Source of the DNA: Octopus sinensis
Lineage: Eukaryota
Length of the DNA stretch: 64,000 nt
Assembly: GCF_006345805.1 (NCBI RefSeq)
Contig: NC_043005.1
Location: forward strand, 31,248,001-31,312,000
Direction: 5' to 3'
The notes beneath the pieces were generated by a model, which did no database searches, had not been told where the DNA came from, and saw nothing but the letters and a program-made list of their open reading frames with translations. Below, piece after piece: positions 23,957 to 36,228 of this stretch (its first letter is position 1; every line of letters begins with the position of its first letter). A program made the translations under genes and the position numbers.

Positions 23957-26900
23957 CAGTAGAAGAAAAACATCGAGTGCTCCATTTCTCGTCCGGCTGC
24001 AGTCATCAGCTGAGTGCCGTGCTCTGCCGAGATTTCAGCCCATTATGCTCAATATCTCTCAACACGGTGGGCCCACAACAGCTGGAGTATTGCGTTGCAA
24101 CCGGACACATCCCACTTCTGTGGTCTTATACGCTTTCACAAACCTCCTGGTAATTCAAGCACTACCCTCAACTGCTTTCTCCCCACATTCCTTGTTGATC
24201 CCCCTCGCAGCAGATACACCAGCCACCTTCAGAAGCCTTCTGAGAGAAGCTGCTGGGAAACCCTTGCAGCCAACCTCGAACGCAACCAGCTCATAGATGT
24301 AACCCTTCTCCCGAATCTCAGCTACCAGCTCTTCATAGCCCAATAGCTTCCGCTCATGGGCCTCAGCAATGATCTCTTCCTATGGCACAGTCAGCTCCCC
24401 AAGGATCACTCGCCTCCGACCTTCATCTACCAAAACCAGGTCGGGCCGGAGTGCTGACACTACGATGCTTTCAGGAAATGGCTTGTCCACGAACACCCCT
24501 GAAAGAGATTTCTGTCTCTTTGGCATCACACCTTGCTTCACAAATGCTGTCTTGCGCAAGCTCAGTTCAGGCACTTGACACTCTCTTGCAGCTGAAGCAA
24601 CAACGTTTAGCACTAAATTATATCTAAACGTATACCATCCAGACTGGATTGCTTTTAGGCAAGGTGACAGCATGTGTTTGAGACCGCCATACTTCTTGCG
24701 CAAGTGGCGCTGTGGACTCTATTGGATATCCCATTTTTCGAGATTTGCTGAAGACGGATGCACATCATACGCAGTCTGCATCAGAGCTTTCAAATGCCCT
24801 GCACTCAACCGCCACCAATCAGACCACTTCAACTCCAGCTTTTCGACACCATCCCAATTCAGCCACCAGCCCTGCTGTGCTTGTTGCACTGCGTAACCTA
24901 GAAGACTCTCATGTTCCAGCTGCCTTACTTTTCACGTAGCTTCTGCTGTTCTTGTTTACTTGACTCAGACCAAAACCGCTCTCTCTTAACAAGCTCCACA
25001 CCAGCACTGCCGTCTATCATCCCTCCCTGCACTTCTGCATGCTGAGCCATCTCATCAAACTGCTGCATCGCCTCAGTGACCTTCCATTTCCTACCAATGT
25101 TCAAATCTGGTGGATTGTCCTGGATCCCAGTGTCCCTTGAAACAGACAGCTTCGATTGCAGACGCACCTTGGAGATATTGTATTCCTCCGCTAGTAACGT
25201 CATGGGCAACTGGAGCATACCCTGGTTGCTATAAAGGGCGACAGATGAAAGGCACTTCGAAAGGCCAAACCACTTCCTTACCATCTTATTGATCTTCCGT
25301 TAAATTGTCTCAATCCTCTTTCGAGAAACTTCATACACAATTATGGGCCACAGAAGTCTTGGGAGCAACTCAAAATGCATGCACCACACCTTGAACTTCT
25401 CTGGAAAACTTGCTTGATCAATGCTCTTTAGCCCTGTCTCTGCCTGCTTCTGCAGTTCAAGACCACAATGTCTATGTGTGAGGGGAAAACTGTACCATCT
25501 TTCCAGACTTTTGATACTTTGCTCATGAACAGTTGGTATTTGCTATCCACCAATGCTGAAAACCAAATTTACGAGCGATCCACTCTACAGCGAAAAAGAT
25601 ATGATCTTCTTCGGCTTAAAGGCCATCCGACTCCAGCTGATCAGTTCAGACAACACGTCTCCGGCAACGTTGATATTCTCCTATACAATGTTGAGATCAT
25701 CCATGAACGTTTTACTTCTCCTTGGTTGAACCTGTGCTCAGCTTTAAGTCCCTCAATATGATCTCTATGACCGTCACAAAAAGGTTTGGGGAGATGGCAC
25801 AACCCATGCAATCCCCTTCTGTAGATCAATGTATTCAGTGGTGTATTTTGCAGTAGAGAATCGAAACATGAACTGGTCAAATTATATGGATAGAACGCTT
25901 CGGAGTTTCTGGGGCACACAGAAGAACTCCAGGGCTACCTGTATCATGCTGAGACATTTGCTAGGTCCAGCCATACAACATGCAGCTCCTTACGCAGTAT
26001 TTTCTTCTCTTTGGTCTTAGCCCAAATCATTGGGGCATGCTCAAGGCATCCTGAGAACCCTAGGATACCTGCTTCCTGTATAATAATGTCCACAAAGCCA
26101 TTGGCAAGCAAGTAATGAGCCGCTTTGCAAAAACAGTGAAGAAGACTTTCCCTCAATATTTAACAAAGAGATAGGGCGAAACTGACGAAGTGTCACTGAG
26201 TTTTCCTCTTTGGGTATAAAAATCCCATCAGCTCTACACCAACACTCAGGAACTTCACCACGCTCCTATATCTTAACCAGTGATCGCCGCAAACTCCTCA
26301 GTAACTTCGGACAATTCTTGTACACGGCATATGTCACCCCATTAGGACCACTAGCAGAGCCAGCCCTTGCTTTGCGCATCACCTCCTGAACTTCCTTAAA
26401 TTTGACCATGGAAGTATCAAATCCGGCACATGGAGGGGTGTGACTGTTCAGCCCTGGTAGGTGTTTAACCTCAGCTCATCTGTTGGCATGAGAATAAGTT
26501 TGCTTGAGATGGTTGTCCAGCTCTTCCTGCTCAACACTCAGCACCCCACTAGTTCTATTCTTGAACAGCCATTTAACAAAGTGGAAGAGATTTTCAATGA
26601 ACCTTTCCTAGCCTTTGTAGCTTCCTTCCGTTGCCTGGTATGATGCTCCACTCTACCCAGATTGCTGATCTTCTAACGAGTTTCCCACTGGAGGATCTCA
26701 ATCTCAACCTTGTAGGGATCTTCTTGCACTATTGCTCTTAAGCTTCTTGCGCCTTTTCGAAGTTTACGGATAGCTCTTCTTCTCCGGGATTCCTTCACCT
26801 GAACTGTAGATCTTTCAGTCAACTCACATGAACCAAAGCTCAGCACTTCGTAATCACTCGTCATCTCTCCCGGCGCTCGGAATTTCCTGCTTGGATTACT

Positions 26901-27560
26901 TTTGACTGTGCAGAAAACCACAGACAAGTCCTCGTCCAGTATAGACCACGCTCTATCAGAGACACGAGGCCACTTGATCACTCGCCAGCATGAAGCTGGA
27001 ACTGATGCAGGAGTCTGTGGGACACTGTGGTGTTTGTTCTGGTCTCAACACTCCAACGACTTATCGGCGTTCGTCGAGTGATTATCAGTTATCGGTTTCA
27101 AACCACACTTCATTTTTGTTTGGTGGATCTTCCTGCCTTTCACAGACTTGAAGCCTCGCCTACATCCACTACACGCCAACTGGTCTCCATCATATTCGTT
27201 ATCCACTAAATATATCCTTGTTGTAGCTAGCGTAGTTGTAAGTCATGAGGTTTTACATCCCCAGTGGACCAGGCAACTCTTCCTAGCCCAGCGATTGGCC
27301 GGCGATTACTTATTGGTCTGGGTTTGCCAGACTTGAGGCGGGCGCTATCTCCAAAAGGTTACAAGAAGCCATCCCACCGACCCTGCAGAGGGAGGCCAGT
27401 TCATAACGGCCACTTAGAACAGTTGTATAACCCGATCCTGCACAAGCGCTGCTTCTCGCGAGAACTCAAGGCGAGCAGCTCACGTTCCGCACCCTCACGG
27501 TTATCACCGTCCTATCACGGTTGTCACTATCCTTTCATGGTTGTCACTGGAAAACCAGAG
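23957..27560 (-). mobile_element. Near full-length HERO-like (RLE-bearing) non-LTR retrotransposon, decayed
   Basis: N-terminal Zn finger (ACSGCRRGFKSVKGRKIHQTKMKC), IKWP, RT motifs FSGCLEH / LHVVWLDLAN, KHMLSPC..RYNLVL, RLE RPDLVLVDEGRRRVILGELTVP..EAHERK..YEELV..EVGCKGF; 3' end abuts (TA)n. Confidence 0.85.
23995..24058 (-). ncRNA. Candidate non-circularly permuted hammerhead in the HERO 3'UTR (copy 1)
   Basis: GAGA-TA-TTGAG ..7.. GGCT-GAAA-TCTC ..14.. CTCAG-CTGATGA-ctgc-AGCC. Confidence 0.6.
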
Positions 27561-27564
27561 GTTG

Positions 27565-28106
27565 CAGTAGCAGAAAATCACCGAGTGCTTCATATCTCGT
27601 CCGGCTGCAATCATCAGCTGATGTCCGGGCTTCGCCGATATTTCGGCCCATTATGCTCAGTATCTCTTCACATGGTGGGCCTACAACAGCTGGACGTATT
27701 GCGCTCCAGCCGGACACATCCCACTTCTGTGGTCTTATACGCTTTCACAAACCTCCTGGTAATCCAAGCACTACCCTCAACTGCTTTCTCCCCACATTCC
27801 TTGTTGGTCTTCCTCGCAGCAGTTACACCAGCCACCTTCAGAAGCCTTCTGAGAGAAGCTGCTGGGAAACCCTTGCAGCCAACCTCGAACGCAACCAGCT
27901 CACAGATGTAACTCTTCTCCCGAATCTCAGCTACCAGCTCTTCGTAGCCCAATAGCTTCCGCTCATGGGCCTCAGCAATGATCCCTTCCCGTGGCAGAGT
28001 CAGCTTCCCAAAGATCACTCGTCTCTGACCCTCTTCTACCAAAACCAAGTCGGGCCGGAGTGTTGACACCAGGATGCTTTCAGGCAATGGCTTGTCCACG
28101 AACACC
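27565..28106 (-). mobile_element. 5'-truncated second HERO copy (RLE C-terminus + 3'UTR) in head-to-tail tandem
   Basis: Roughly 90% similar by eye to 23957-24500; ORF 27668-28147 has RPDLVLVEEGQRRVIFGKLTLP..EVGCKGF. Confidence 0.9.
27603..27666 (-). ncRNA. Candidate non-circularly permuted hammerhead in the HERO 3'UTR (copy 2)
   Basis: GAGA-TA-CTGA .. GGCC-GAAA-TATC .. TCAG-CTGATGA-ttgc-AGCC. Confidence 0.5.
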
Positions 28107-28174
28107 TCCCATTTTCTGTCTTCGACTGAAAGAGTAATATAACACAACTATGTGTGTGTATATATATATATACC

Positions 28175-28535
28175 CTTGTCCTACGTCCTGGTTTCGTTTT
28201 GTTTTTTATTTTTACCGTTATTGTTTTTACGTTTTTGTATTCTTATTGGTGTCACGTATTCTGTATTTTTGTTCGTGTACTTCGTTCGTTTTCCGTCCTC
28301 GTGTTGTATACATTCGAAGCTTTCTTCCAGGGGATCTAATGCGCTTGGCTTAGATTTCCCTTGGCGGGCTGCCCATATCGGAGCAATCTCAAGATTAATC
28401 AGCCGAAATTGCTAAGATGATCTGGTTCTTGACTGATGACTGAGGGCTTCGAATGTCCCGTCCTGTGGTTCTTGTGTCGTCTCTGTGGTGTTTCATGTTC
28501 TTGTCCATGTCTGTAATTATTTTTACTGTTTACCT
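28175..28535 (+). mobile_element. GT-rich non-coding repeat bounded by (TA)n, carrying a permuted hammerhead
   Basis: 3' half homologous (reverse complement) to about 53860-53992; flanked by TA runs. Confidence 0.6.
28382..28448 (+). ncRNA. Candidate non-circularly permuted hammerhead (best-paired copy)
   Basis: AGCAA-TC-TCAAGA ..6.. AGCC-GAAA-TTGCT ..13.. TCTTGA-CTGATGA-ctgag-GGCT; stems III and I each 6 perfect bp. Confidence 0.7.
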
Positions 28536-28645
28536 ATATATATATATATATATATATATATAACAAGGTGAAGTTGTAAGATACCGCACGAGTGGAAATA
28601 TATATGAAAGCAGGTTTGAAAATGCAATTTTTAAGATGTTTATTC

Positions 28646-28687
28646 ACTTGACCAATTTCACTTTTTTAGAAAAAGATTGTCAAAAGT
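28646..28687 (-). ncRNA. Decayed minimal type I hammerhead
   Basis: ACTT-TTGACAA-TCTTTTT..AAAAAGT-GAAA-TTGG-TC-AAGT; core changes consistent with C>T / G>A decay. Confidence 0.4.
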
Positions 28688-29447
28688 AAAATGTAAGGCT
28701 TTGTAAAAGCTTTGTTGTGTTAAGTACTGGTTGTCACAAAATATTACAATACATATATACATTCTTTAATAATAATAATAAGAAAATGTTAAAAAACAGT
28801 TTACAAGGAAATATCTCGAGAAAATATTAAACAAAAATTTCATTAAAAATATTAGGATTTCATTCAAAATCATGTTTGTTTGAAAGTATCTATATATATG
28901 CACAGAAAAGTATAGGTTAAAAAAAAAGTCATATTTGGTAGTATATATATTGAAGGAGATATATTTAGGAGTTTACAAAGAATTTGAGATGAACTGACCT
29001 GTTTTAGCAGTTTTTCGTTTTGTGTGAAGCTAAAGGTTGTTTACTATTTTGACGGACAGTGTGGGAGGTTGGTTTGGGTGGGAGAAGGAAGAGCAATGTG
29101 GAATTAAAAGGATTTTTTTGTTTCTCTTTCATGGTTGGTCTTTCATGGCTAGTCTTTCATGGTTCAGTTGTTTTGGGACTGGTCTTCAGTAGCTTTTAAG
29201 TGGGAGGAAAGGTAGCATGTTCTTTGTTTATCTCCTTAACTTCTTTGAGATTTTAGGCAAAATTATACTAATGTGTCCATCAGTTTTAATTTAATTAAAT
29301 TCTGTCTTTGTGCAGTTGAGGATTGCTCTGCATTTAAAATTGATGTAATGATTGTATTGTTAAATTAAATGGAGTTGCGTTAAACGATCGTACTGCATGC
29401 GTTACCTCTGGATATCCTTGTAGTTTATTTTATACATACATACACAC

Positions 29448-29489
<42 letters not shown>

Positions 29490-29500
<11 letters not shown>

Positions 29501-30297
29501 ATATAAATTGGATATGGGCGATCGTTGTATTCTTTCTTGTCTTTAGGTTCACAGCCAAACGGCTAGGTGGATTCGAGTGAAAAATGGCACGCATGTGGAG
29601 ACGGGTGCATAGATTGGAATGCAGTTTGTATTTTTTCATAAACCCCATAGTTACCGAGAAAATCGATTGAAACGTTTTCTAATGGAATCCCCCTGTTTGT
29701 TCCGCCATTAAAACAACCAGTTGCCCACACAGCCGGCATATACTATTTCGCTAGCAATAAGGGGAGTACAGGATGACAGTCAGTCAAAACTTTCGCTATG
29801 CTGTCTCTCTTCTTTCACCTCTTTCTGGAGTTAATAATATTAATCTTTAGTTCTCTTTCTCACCCTCTTTCTCTCTCACATACACACGCGCAAGCACGCA
29901 TGCACGCACACACACACGTCTATTTCATGGAACCTCTTTCAATTTCTGCTCTCTGCAAATAATATTTTTACGGATACAACTGCTTACAAAAATAGGGATT
30001 GATGTATAATTTCTTTCTATGTTCATAATTAAACCGATGTTTTAATGATTAGACAGAGGTCCAATAGAATAGCTCTCAGAAACAGATTGCGTAAAAATTC
30101 GTTTATTACAACTCCTGAAGCTATTTTCTGACAAGGAGGGGGAAGTCAGGAAATTTTCATACAGCTGCAGGCTCCAATCGAAATAGGGGACCCGAAATTA
30201 TAAGGTTGAGAAACGCCGTTATAGATTATGTCTAACCGAAAACGATCACAGCCACATCATCCAAACAGACCGGGCGAAACCGGGCTTAGCTGCTAGA
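29490..30297 (+). mobile_element. Probable non-autonomous Helitron-like element
   Basis: Ends in a GC-rich degenerate hairpin ACCGGGCGAAACCGGG followed by CTAG; 5' boundary uncertain. Confidence 0.45.
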
Positions 30298-30358
<61 letters not shown>

Positions 30359-30846
30359 CACATATATACATACATACATAAATAAATACATACATGCATG
30401 CATAGATACATAGATACATAGATACATACACACGCACACACACATATAAGTACAAGAGATACAGAGAAGCTCAAGTCAGGCAGACAACGATTGGTGTATA
30501 CATATACGGAATTAAGATGATACAATTGTCTAAAACATATATTAATACATTCAAAGTATAAAGATATATAAATTTCAAAATATATATGAATGTTAAAACT
30601 ATGCAAGGACAAATTAATATATAGATATATAAATATATATCATTTTATTTTTCAAAATTATAACCAAATGGCAATATATTGTTCTACTATAGAAAATGTT
30701 ACTATGCGGGTTCGAATTTAAATTTACTCTTGAAAGTTGAATAATATCTATGGTTACACGAATGAATAGCTTCAGAAAATTTATTTAAAACAGTGGAATT
30801 AAAAATGTGAAGGATAATGTACGGTTCTTTTATATGCAGTTGACAT

Positions 30847-31150
30847 CTACCGGTAATGATAGTAGTATGGTGGGGCCTCATCTATGATCGACCAAGACAA
30901 TGTATAATTAATGTTTTGTAATTTTACTTTGTGTATGTAGCTTGCTAACGCCGTAGAGTTTCTATGTTTTAACTTATTAAAGGAATTTGCATGTATTCTA
31001 TACCGTTTTTTAAAGGCTTTGGTACTTCCTATATATACCCTAGTTTGCTGTTTTTCATTTGTCACTGTACATTTATATATTACGTTTTTTAGTAGGCATA
31101 GACCTGCGAGCGGACATAATTCAGAGTCCCTACAATTGCAGCTTTTTGGC
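30847..31150 (-). mobile_element. PLE GIY-YIG endonuclease remnant
   Basis: SCNCRDSELCPLAGLCLLKNVIYKCTV..RVYIGSTKAFKKRYRIHANSF..NSTALASYI. Confidence 0.9.
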
Positions 31151-31207
31151 TTCCTATTTATACTTTTAGTTTTATTAACGTTATTTGGAGTCGTGTTATA
31201 TTACTCT

Positions 31208-31417
31208 TTTAGTCTTTTACTTGTTTCAGTCAGAGTGTGGCCATGCCTGAGCACCATCTTTTAGTTGAAGAAATCGACCCTGGGATTATTCTTTGTAAGC
31301 CTGGTGCTTATTCTCTTGATTTCTTCTGCTGAACCGTTTAGTTATGGGGACCTAAACACCTAAACACCATCGCTTATCAAGCGATGGTGGTGGTGGGGGG
31401 GACAAATGCAGACACAA

Positions 31418-31455
<38 letters not shown>

Positions 31456-31616
31456 GACAGACTACCTTTAGTTTCGTCAACCGAACCTACCCACATGGCT
31501 TTGGTTGGCCCAAGGCTATAGTGGAAGTCACATACCCAAGGTGCCACGTAGTGGGACTGAACCCGGAACCATATCGTTGGGAAGCAAGCATCTTAGTAAA
31601 CAGCCACGCCCGCGCC

Positions 31617-31620
<4 letters not shown>
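31208..31620 (-). mobile_element. SINE A copy
   Basis: Full layout homologous to 934-1349. Confidence 0.85.
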
Positions 31621-31663
<43 letters not shown>

Positions 31664-31789
31664 GCATATATATATATATATATATATGGATATATATGTT
31701 ATATATATATATATATATATAATAATATATATATTCATATATATAGATAACATGGTGAAAAGTTAAAATTCTTGAAAACTACAAACTAC

Positions 31790-32890
31790 ATCCAGAAGGA
31801 ACTAACTGATATTATCTCTCAAATAAAAACTCTGATAACCTACTTGTTATTTCCGATAAAACAGGAAACCTATATTCACTACCAATTGATGCTTATAATC
31901 ACTTTATTCTGAAGGCATTGAACTCTAAATATAAAATAGTTGCCGATAACAGACCGAATGAAATTAATAAGAAACACTTCGATTTAATTAAAGAGCTAAA
32001 ATTATGAGATAGGACGGAACCTTATACCCCCAAACTTCCACAGTTCACATTTAAGGATCACAAAGCAAACTATGAGTGCAAACCCATTGTTAGGCTAATT
32101 TGCCCAACTAAATCTGACTTGGGCAGAATTAGTAAATCTAACATTGATAGAATCATCACTTGTATTAAAAGAAATGCGAACATCCACTTTGCATCTCCAC
32201 CGGGAACATCATAACATGATTATGCTCATTGAATGATAAAAATAAAACTTACTTCATAGAATTCGACATTAGCAATTACTATCAATCTATTAAGCCGGAC
32301 CTGCTTGACAGAGCAATTACTTTTGCGGAGAATTTTACTGATATTACACTATTAGAGAAGGATATTATTTTTAACGCAAGCAAATCACTGGTATCTTTCA
32401 GATATAGGACTGGACCCAACGTGGCCTTCAAGACGACTTTGATGTTACAACGAGAACCTCGGACTCTTCCCAGGTCACTGATATTATTGTCCTATTCTTA
32501 CTTTTTAAAATTAAGGAAGATTCTCTACTATCATCGCGGGCTTGTACAGAGCGATGCGTTATTCGCTATTTCTGGCTCATCTGAACAAGTGACTGCTTGG
32601 GTAGGGAAAAGGCTAATAAAATTTTTAAAGTTATACAACTTAGATATTGTATTTGAAAATGTCACTAAATGCGTTAACATTTTGGACGTAACATTAAATT
32701 TAGATAATGGCTTATTTTATCCTTATCATAAGCCTAATAAAACGATTAAGTATATCCACGCCTTATCAAATCATCCCCAAAGTGTTATTAACGGGGTAGT
32801 CAAAGTGGTGTCGATAAGAAGCTCTAACTTATCTGCAAATGAAAAGATTTTTTATAACTTTACACCCTTTTATATACAGCATTGAAAGAC
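31790..32890 (+). mobile_element. PLE reverse transcriptase remnant
   Basis: DKTGNLY, FKDHK, RLICPTKSDLGRISK, FIEFDISNYYQSI, ILDVTLNL..YHKPNKTIKYIHALSNHP; stops and frameshifts. Confidence 0.9.
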
Positions 32891-33468
32891 AGTAGATTCG
32901 ATAAAAGTAAATTAGGTAAACTTTTTCCATTAGCAAATGATTTTCGCCATTATATCATTTTATATATATTGATAGTTATAAGTTATAATAGTTATTAATT
33001 ATATCCATTTATTTAGAATGATTTATTATTATTTTTATAAAGTGATCTAACGTATCACATTTAATTTAATTTAAGAATTCCTTTTGTTAGACAATATATT
33101 ATTTAATAATTAGGTGGTATATTTATTAAATAGTATTAAATTTAGTAAATTAGGTTTTATATTAATTGATATTTAGTCAACTATATTATTGAGTGATATT
33201 TTAAATCTATAGAAACTACACATATATATTAATTATATAGTTAGCTTATTTAATGAGTTTGTCTATATTTCAACCATTTCTTATTTTGATTACAATATTA
33301 ATGGCTTGTACTAGCATTGTGCATATTAATTAATTTTAAAGTATTGTATAATTTAAGTATTGTTTATAGTTTTCACTTAATGTATATTAATATCAAATGT
33401 GACCGCGTGTGTACCGTTGGCGATTTTTTTCCTCCGTCTTCCCTTCTCTAGATTTTTCCTTTTCCTAT

Positions 33469-33503
33469 GTTTCTGACGAAGAGCTCCGCTCGAAACGTTA
33501 AAC
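33469..33503 (+). ncRNA. Minimal type I hammerhead ribozyme (intact-looking)
   Basis: GTTT-CTGACGA-A-GAGC-tcc-GCTC-GAAA-CG-TT-AAAC; palindromic stem III (ACGT). Confidence 0.8.
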
Positions 33504-33602
33504 CCTCCTTCTTCCCTTCCTTCCTGAGCGTCCAATAATACTATATTTGTTCCACGTCCTCGCGTTGTTGTGTTGTCTCTTTGTGTTTTCATGTTTGGAT
33601 TA

Positions 33603-33637
<35 letters not shown>

Positions 33638-33710
33638 GAATATATCTACATTTTAAAAGATTATTTACGTATATTTATTAATTAATTATTTTATCATTGT
33701 AGTTTATTTT

Positions 33711-33813
33711 TAACCTGAAGTTGGCTATATTTATATCGAAGTGATTTTACTACTACTATTAATTTTTTTACTATAATCATTTCTTAAATATAACCACGAA
33801 ACACGTGTCGTTA
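33711..33813 (+). ncRNA. Decayed type I hammerhead
   Basis: TAAC-CTGAAG-TTGGCTATATTT...AAATATAACCAC-GAAA-CACGTG-TC-GTTA; A9 missing. Confidence 0.55.
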
Positions 33814-34740
33814 TTCTACCAAATATATACGTTTTTATTATTATTTTGCAATTTACTTAATCATTGGTATATTATTGTTATTTTATTCTTTTTATCTCTA
33901 TTATATGTAATTTTCTAGATGGTGTAATTTAATTGTTCATTTTGAATTGATAAAAGGTGTGTTTTTTTCTAATTTATATATATATATATGTGTATGTATA
34001 TAAATATATGGCATTCTAATCAATTCTAATTAATAAGTTACCACTTAACTAATTTCCTGCTTCATTATTCACTTAAACTCACTTTTACGTCCAACTGTTT
34101 ATAAATGTGCACCCTCATGCGCTTATATTTATATTAATATATATTTTAAACAAAATCATACGAAAAAATTTACACAGTTCTCTCTCCTCTTGAATTAGAA
34201 TACAATACTGATCCATTATTAAAAATTAATCTAAACTTCGCTTGAAACGCTATTTGATTTGAAAAAATACTTATAATTCTACTAACCAATCAAATTTTAA
34301 CTGATGTAAAGCGATCTATATCACGTTTTCTTAGGGATGATGAACTGATTACTAGTGTAAACATATTTACGTATGTGTATGTATGTGTGTATTTGTATGC
34401 GTATGTTTTTATGTGTATGTATGTGTATGTGATTATGCATATATGTATATATTATATATATATATGCATTTTCATGTATGTGGATATGCATGTATATATG
34501 CGCATTTACGTGTGTGAGAGTGTGTGTACATATTTGTGCATGAAAAGTATGTCAACGTGAATACTAACCAATACGTATATGTATGTATATATGCATATAT
34601 ATGTATGTATATATATATATGTGTGTGTGTGTGTGTATACATGAGTATAAATGTGCATATGTGCGAAGATCTATTGTGTATATATATGTACGTATATACG
34701 TCTCTAAATGCATGAAAATAATTGTGAATGTCCTTGTGCA

Positions 34741-34782
<42 letters not shown>

Positions 34783-35064
34783 TATTATAATATATATATA
34801 TACACATACATATATATAGGTATATGAAAGGTATTGGTGTCAGGAAGACCCAAAAGGCATCGGGTAAACGCTAAGTGCTATGATAGACCATGGTTAAGCT
34901 CCAGGCTTGATAATGATACGAGTGAGGAGTCCACGTGGGTCATGTATTAGCATGTATATATATATATATATATAATATATATATATTATATATATATAAA
35001 TTGAGAGAATGCGATAAAAAAGCCCAACTCAGTAAATAGATTTCATAACGTTTATCAAGAAAAG

Positions 35065-35112
35065 GTCTTACAACTGTTTCCGGGACATTTTGTATATCCC
35101 TTCATCAGAGAC
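35065..35112 (-). ncRNA. Minimal type I hammerhead
   Basis: GTCT-CTGATGA-A-GGGATAT..ATGTCCC-G-GAAA-CAGTTG-TA-AGAC. Confidence 0.7.
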
Positions 35113-35152
35113 GGTGCGAGAAAATGTTTGAGTATTAATTATTTTAGAGAAG

Positions 35153-35552
35153 ACTAGCAGTATCGCCCGGTGTTGCTCGGGTTTGTAAGGGAAATAACTA
35201 TATAAGCATTTTTAGAGAGTTATAGCAAAAAATAGCAAAAAAATGCATTAAAAATGGAAAAAAAATTATGGTAAATTTTTAAAAAAATCGTTGACTCATC
35301 GTAGACATTTTTAGAGAGTTACTTCCCTTATATAATAACGAAAAAAATGCATTAAAATGGAAAAAAATGATGGTAATTTTTTTTAAGAATCGTTGACTCA
35401 TCGTAGCCGCGCGCTAATACCCAGAAGGGCTCGATATGAATCGCGACTATAAGATACCCGGTTTTGGTTAAACTGCACCGCAAAATGTGGGAGTAGTTAG
35501 GAATCTAAATCATAGGAGACAGACTCACAACTTGACTTTTATATAGAAAGAT
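35153..35552 (-). mobile_element. Non-autonomous Helitron/Helentron-type element (HINE/DINE-like)
   Basis: Minus strand starts ATCTTTCTATATAAAAG and ends in hairpin CCCG..CGGG + CTAGT; internal tandem of about 125 bp. Confidence 0.75.
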
Positions 35553-36180
35553 ATGAAATACAGAGGGAAATAAGAGAATGAATATAGAAGTGAGATACAT
35601 AAGGATAGTGTATTTGCAGTTTCATTATTCAATTAATGAAAACAGCATGCATACAAACACACACGTATACTAATATGTATGTGTATATACACACTCGCGC
35701 GCGCACAGATACAGACACACACACACACACACACAGAGGTACGTATGTGTACATATATATGTTTACATGTACCCACATACAAATCCATGCTTATATAAAA
35801 TATCTATACACGTTCTCATACATACTCACATGTACCGTATGCATGCACATATATGTATAGGCACATATATACACACACATACTTACACATATATATGTGT
35901 ATGTGTGTATATATATATATACATATATAAACATAGATATATACACACATAGACATACATGCTGGCGTGTATCCGTTTGCATGTTCATACATGCATACAT
36001 ACCAGGTAGAAGAAAATTTCTTCACTAAAAAATGTTTTCACCACTTATATACACCATTCTACTTGAATAATGAAACTGCAAATACACTATCCTTATGTAT
36101 CTCACTTCTATATTCATTCTCATACTTCCCTCTGTATTTCATATCTTCTCTAAAATGATACTCAAACATTTTCTCGCACC

Positions 36181-36228
36181 ATCTCTGATGGAGGGATATA
36201 TAAAATATCCCGGAAACAGCTGTAAGAC
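36181..36228 (+). ncRNA. Minimal type I hammerhead, same family as 35065-35112 (A9>G)
   Basis: ATCT-CTGATGG-A-GGGATAT..ATATCCC-G-GAAA-CAGCTG-TA-AGAC. Confidence 0.65.
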
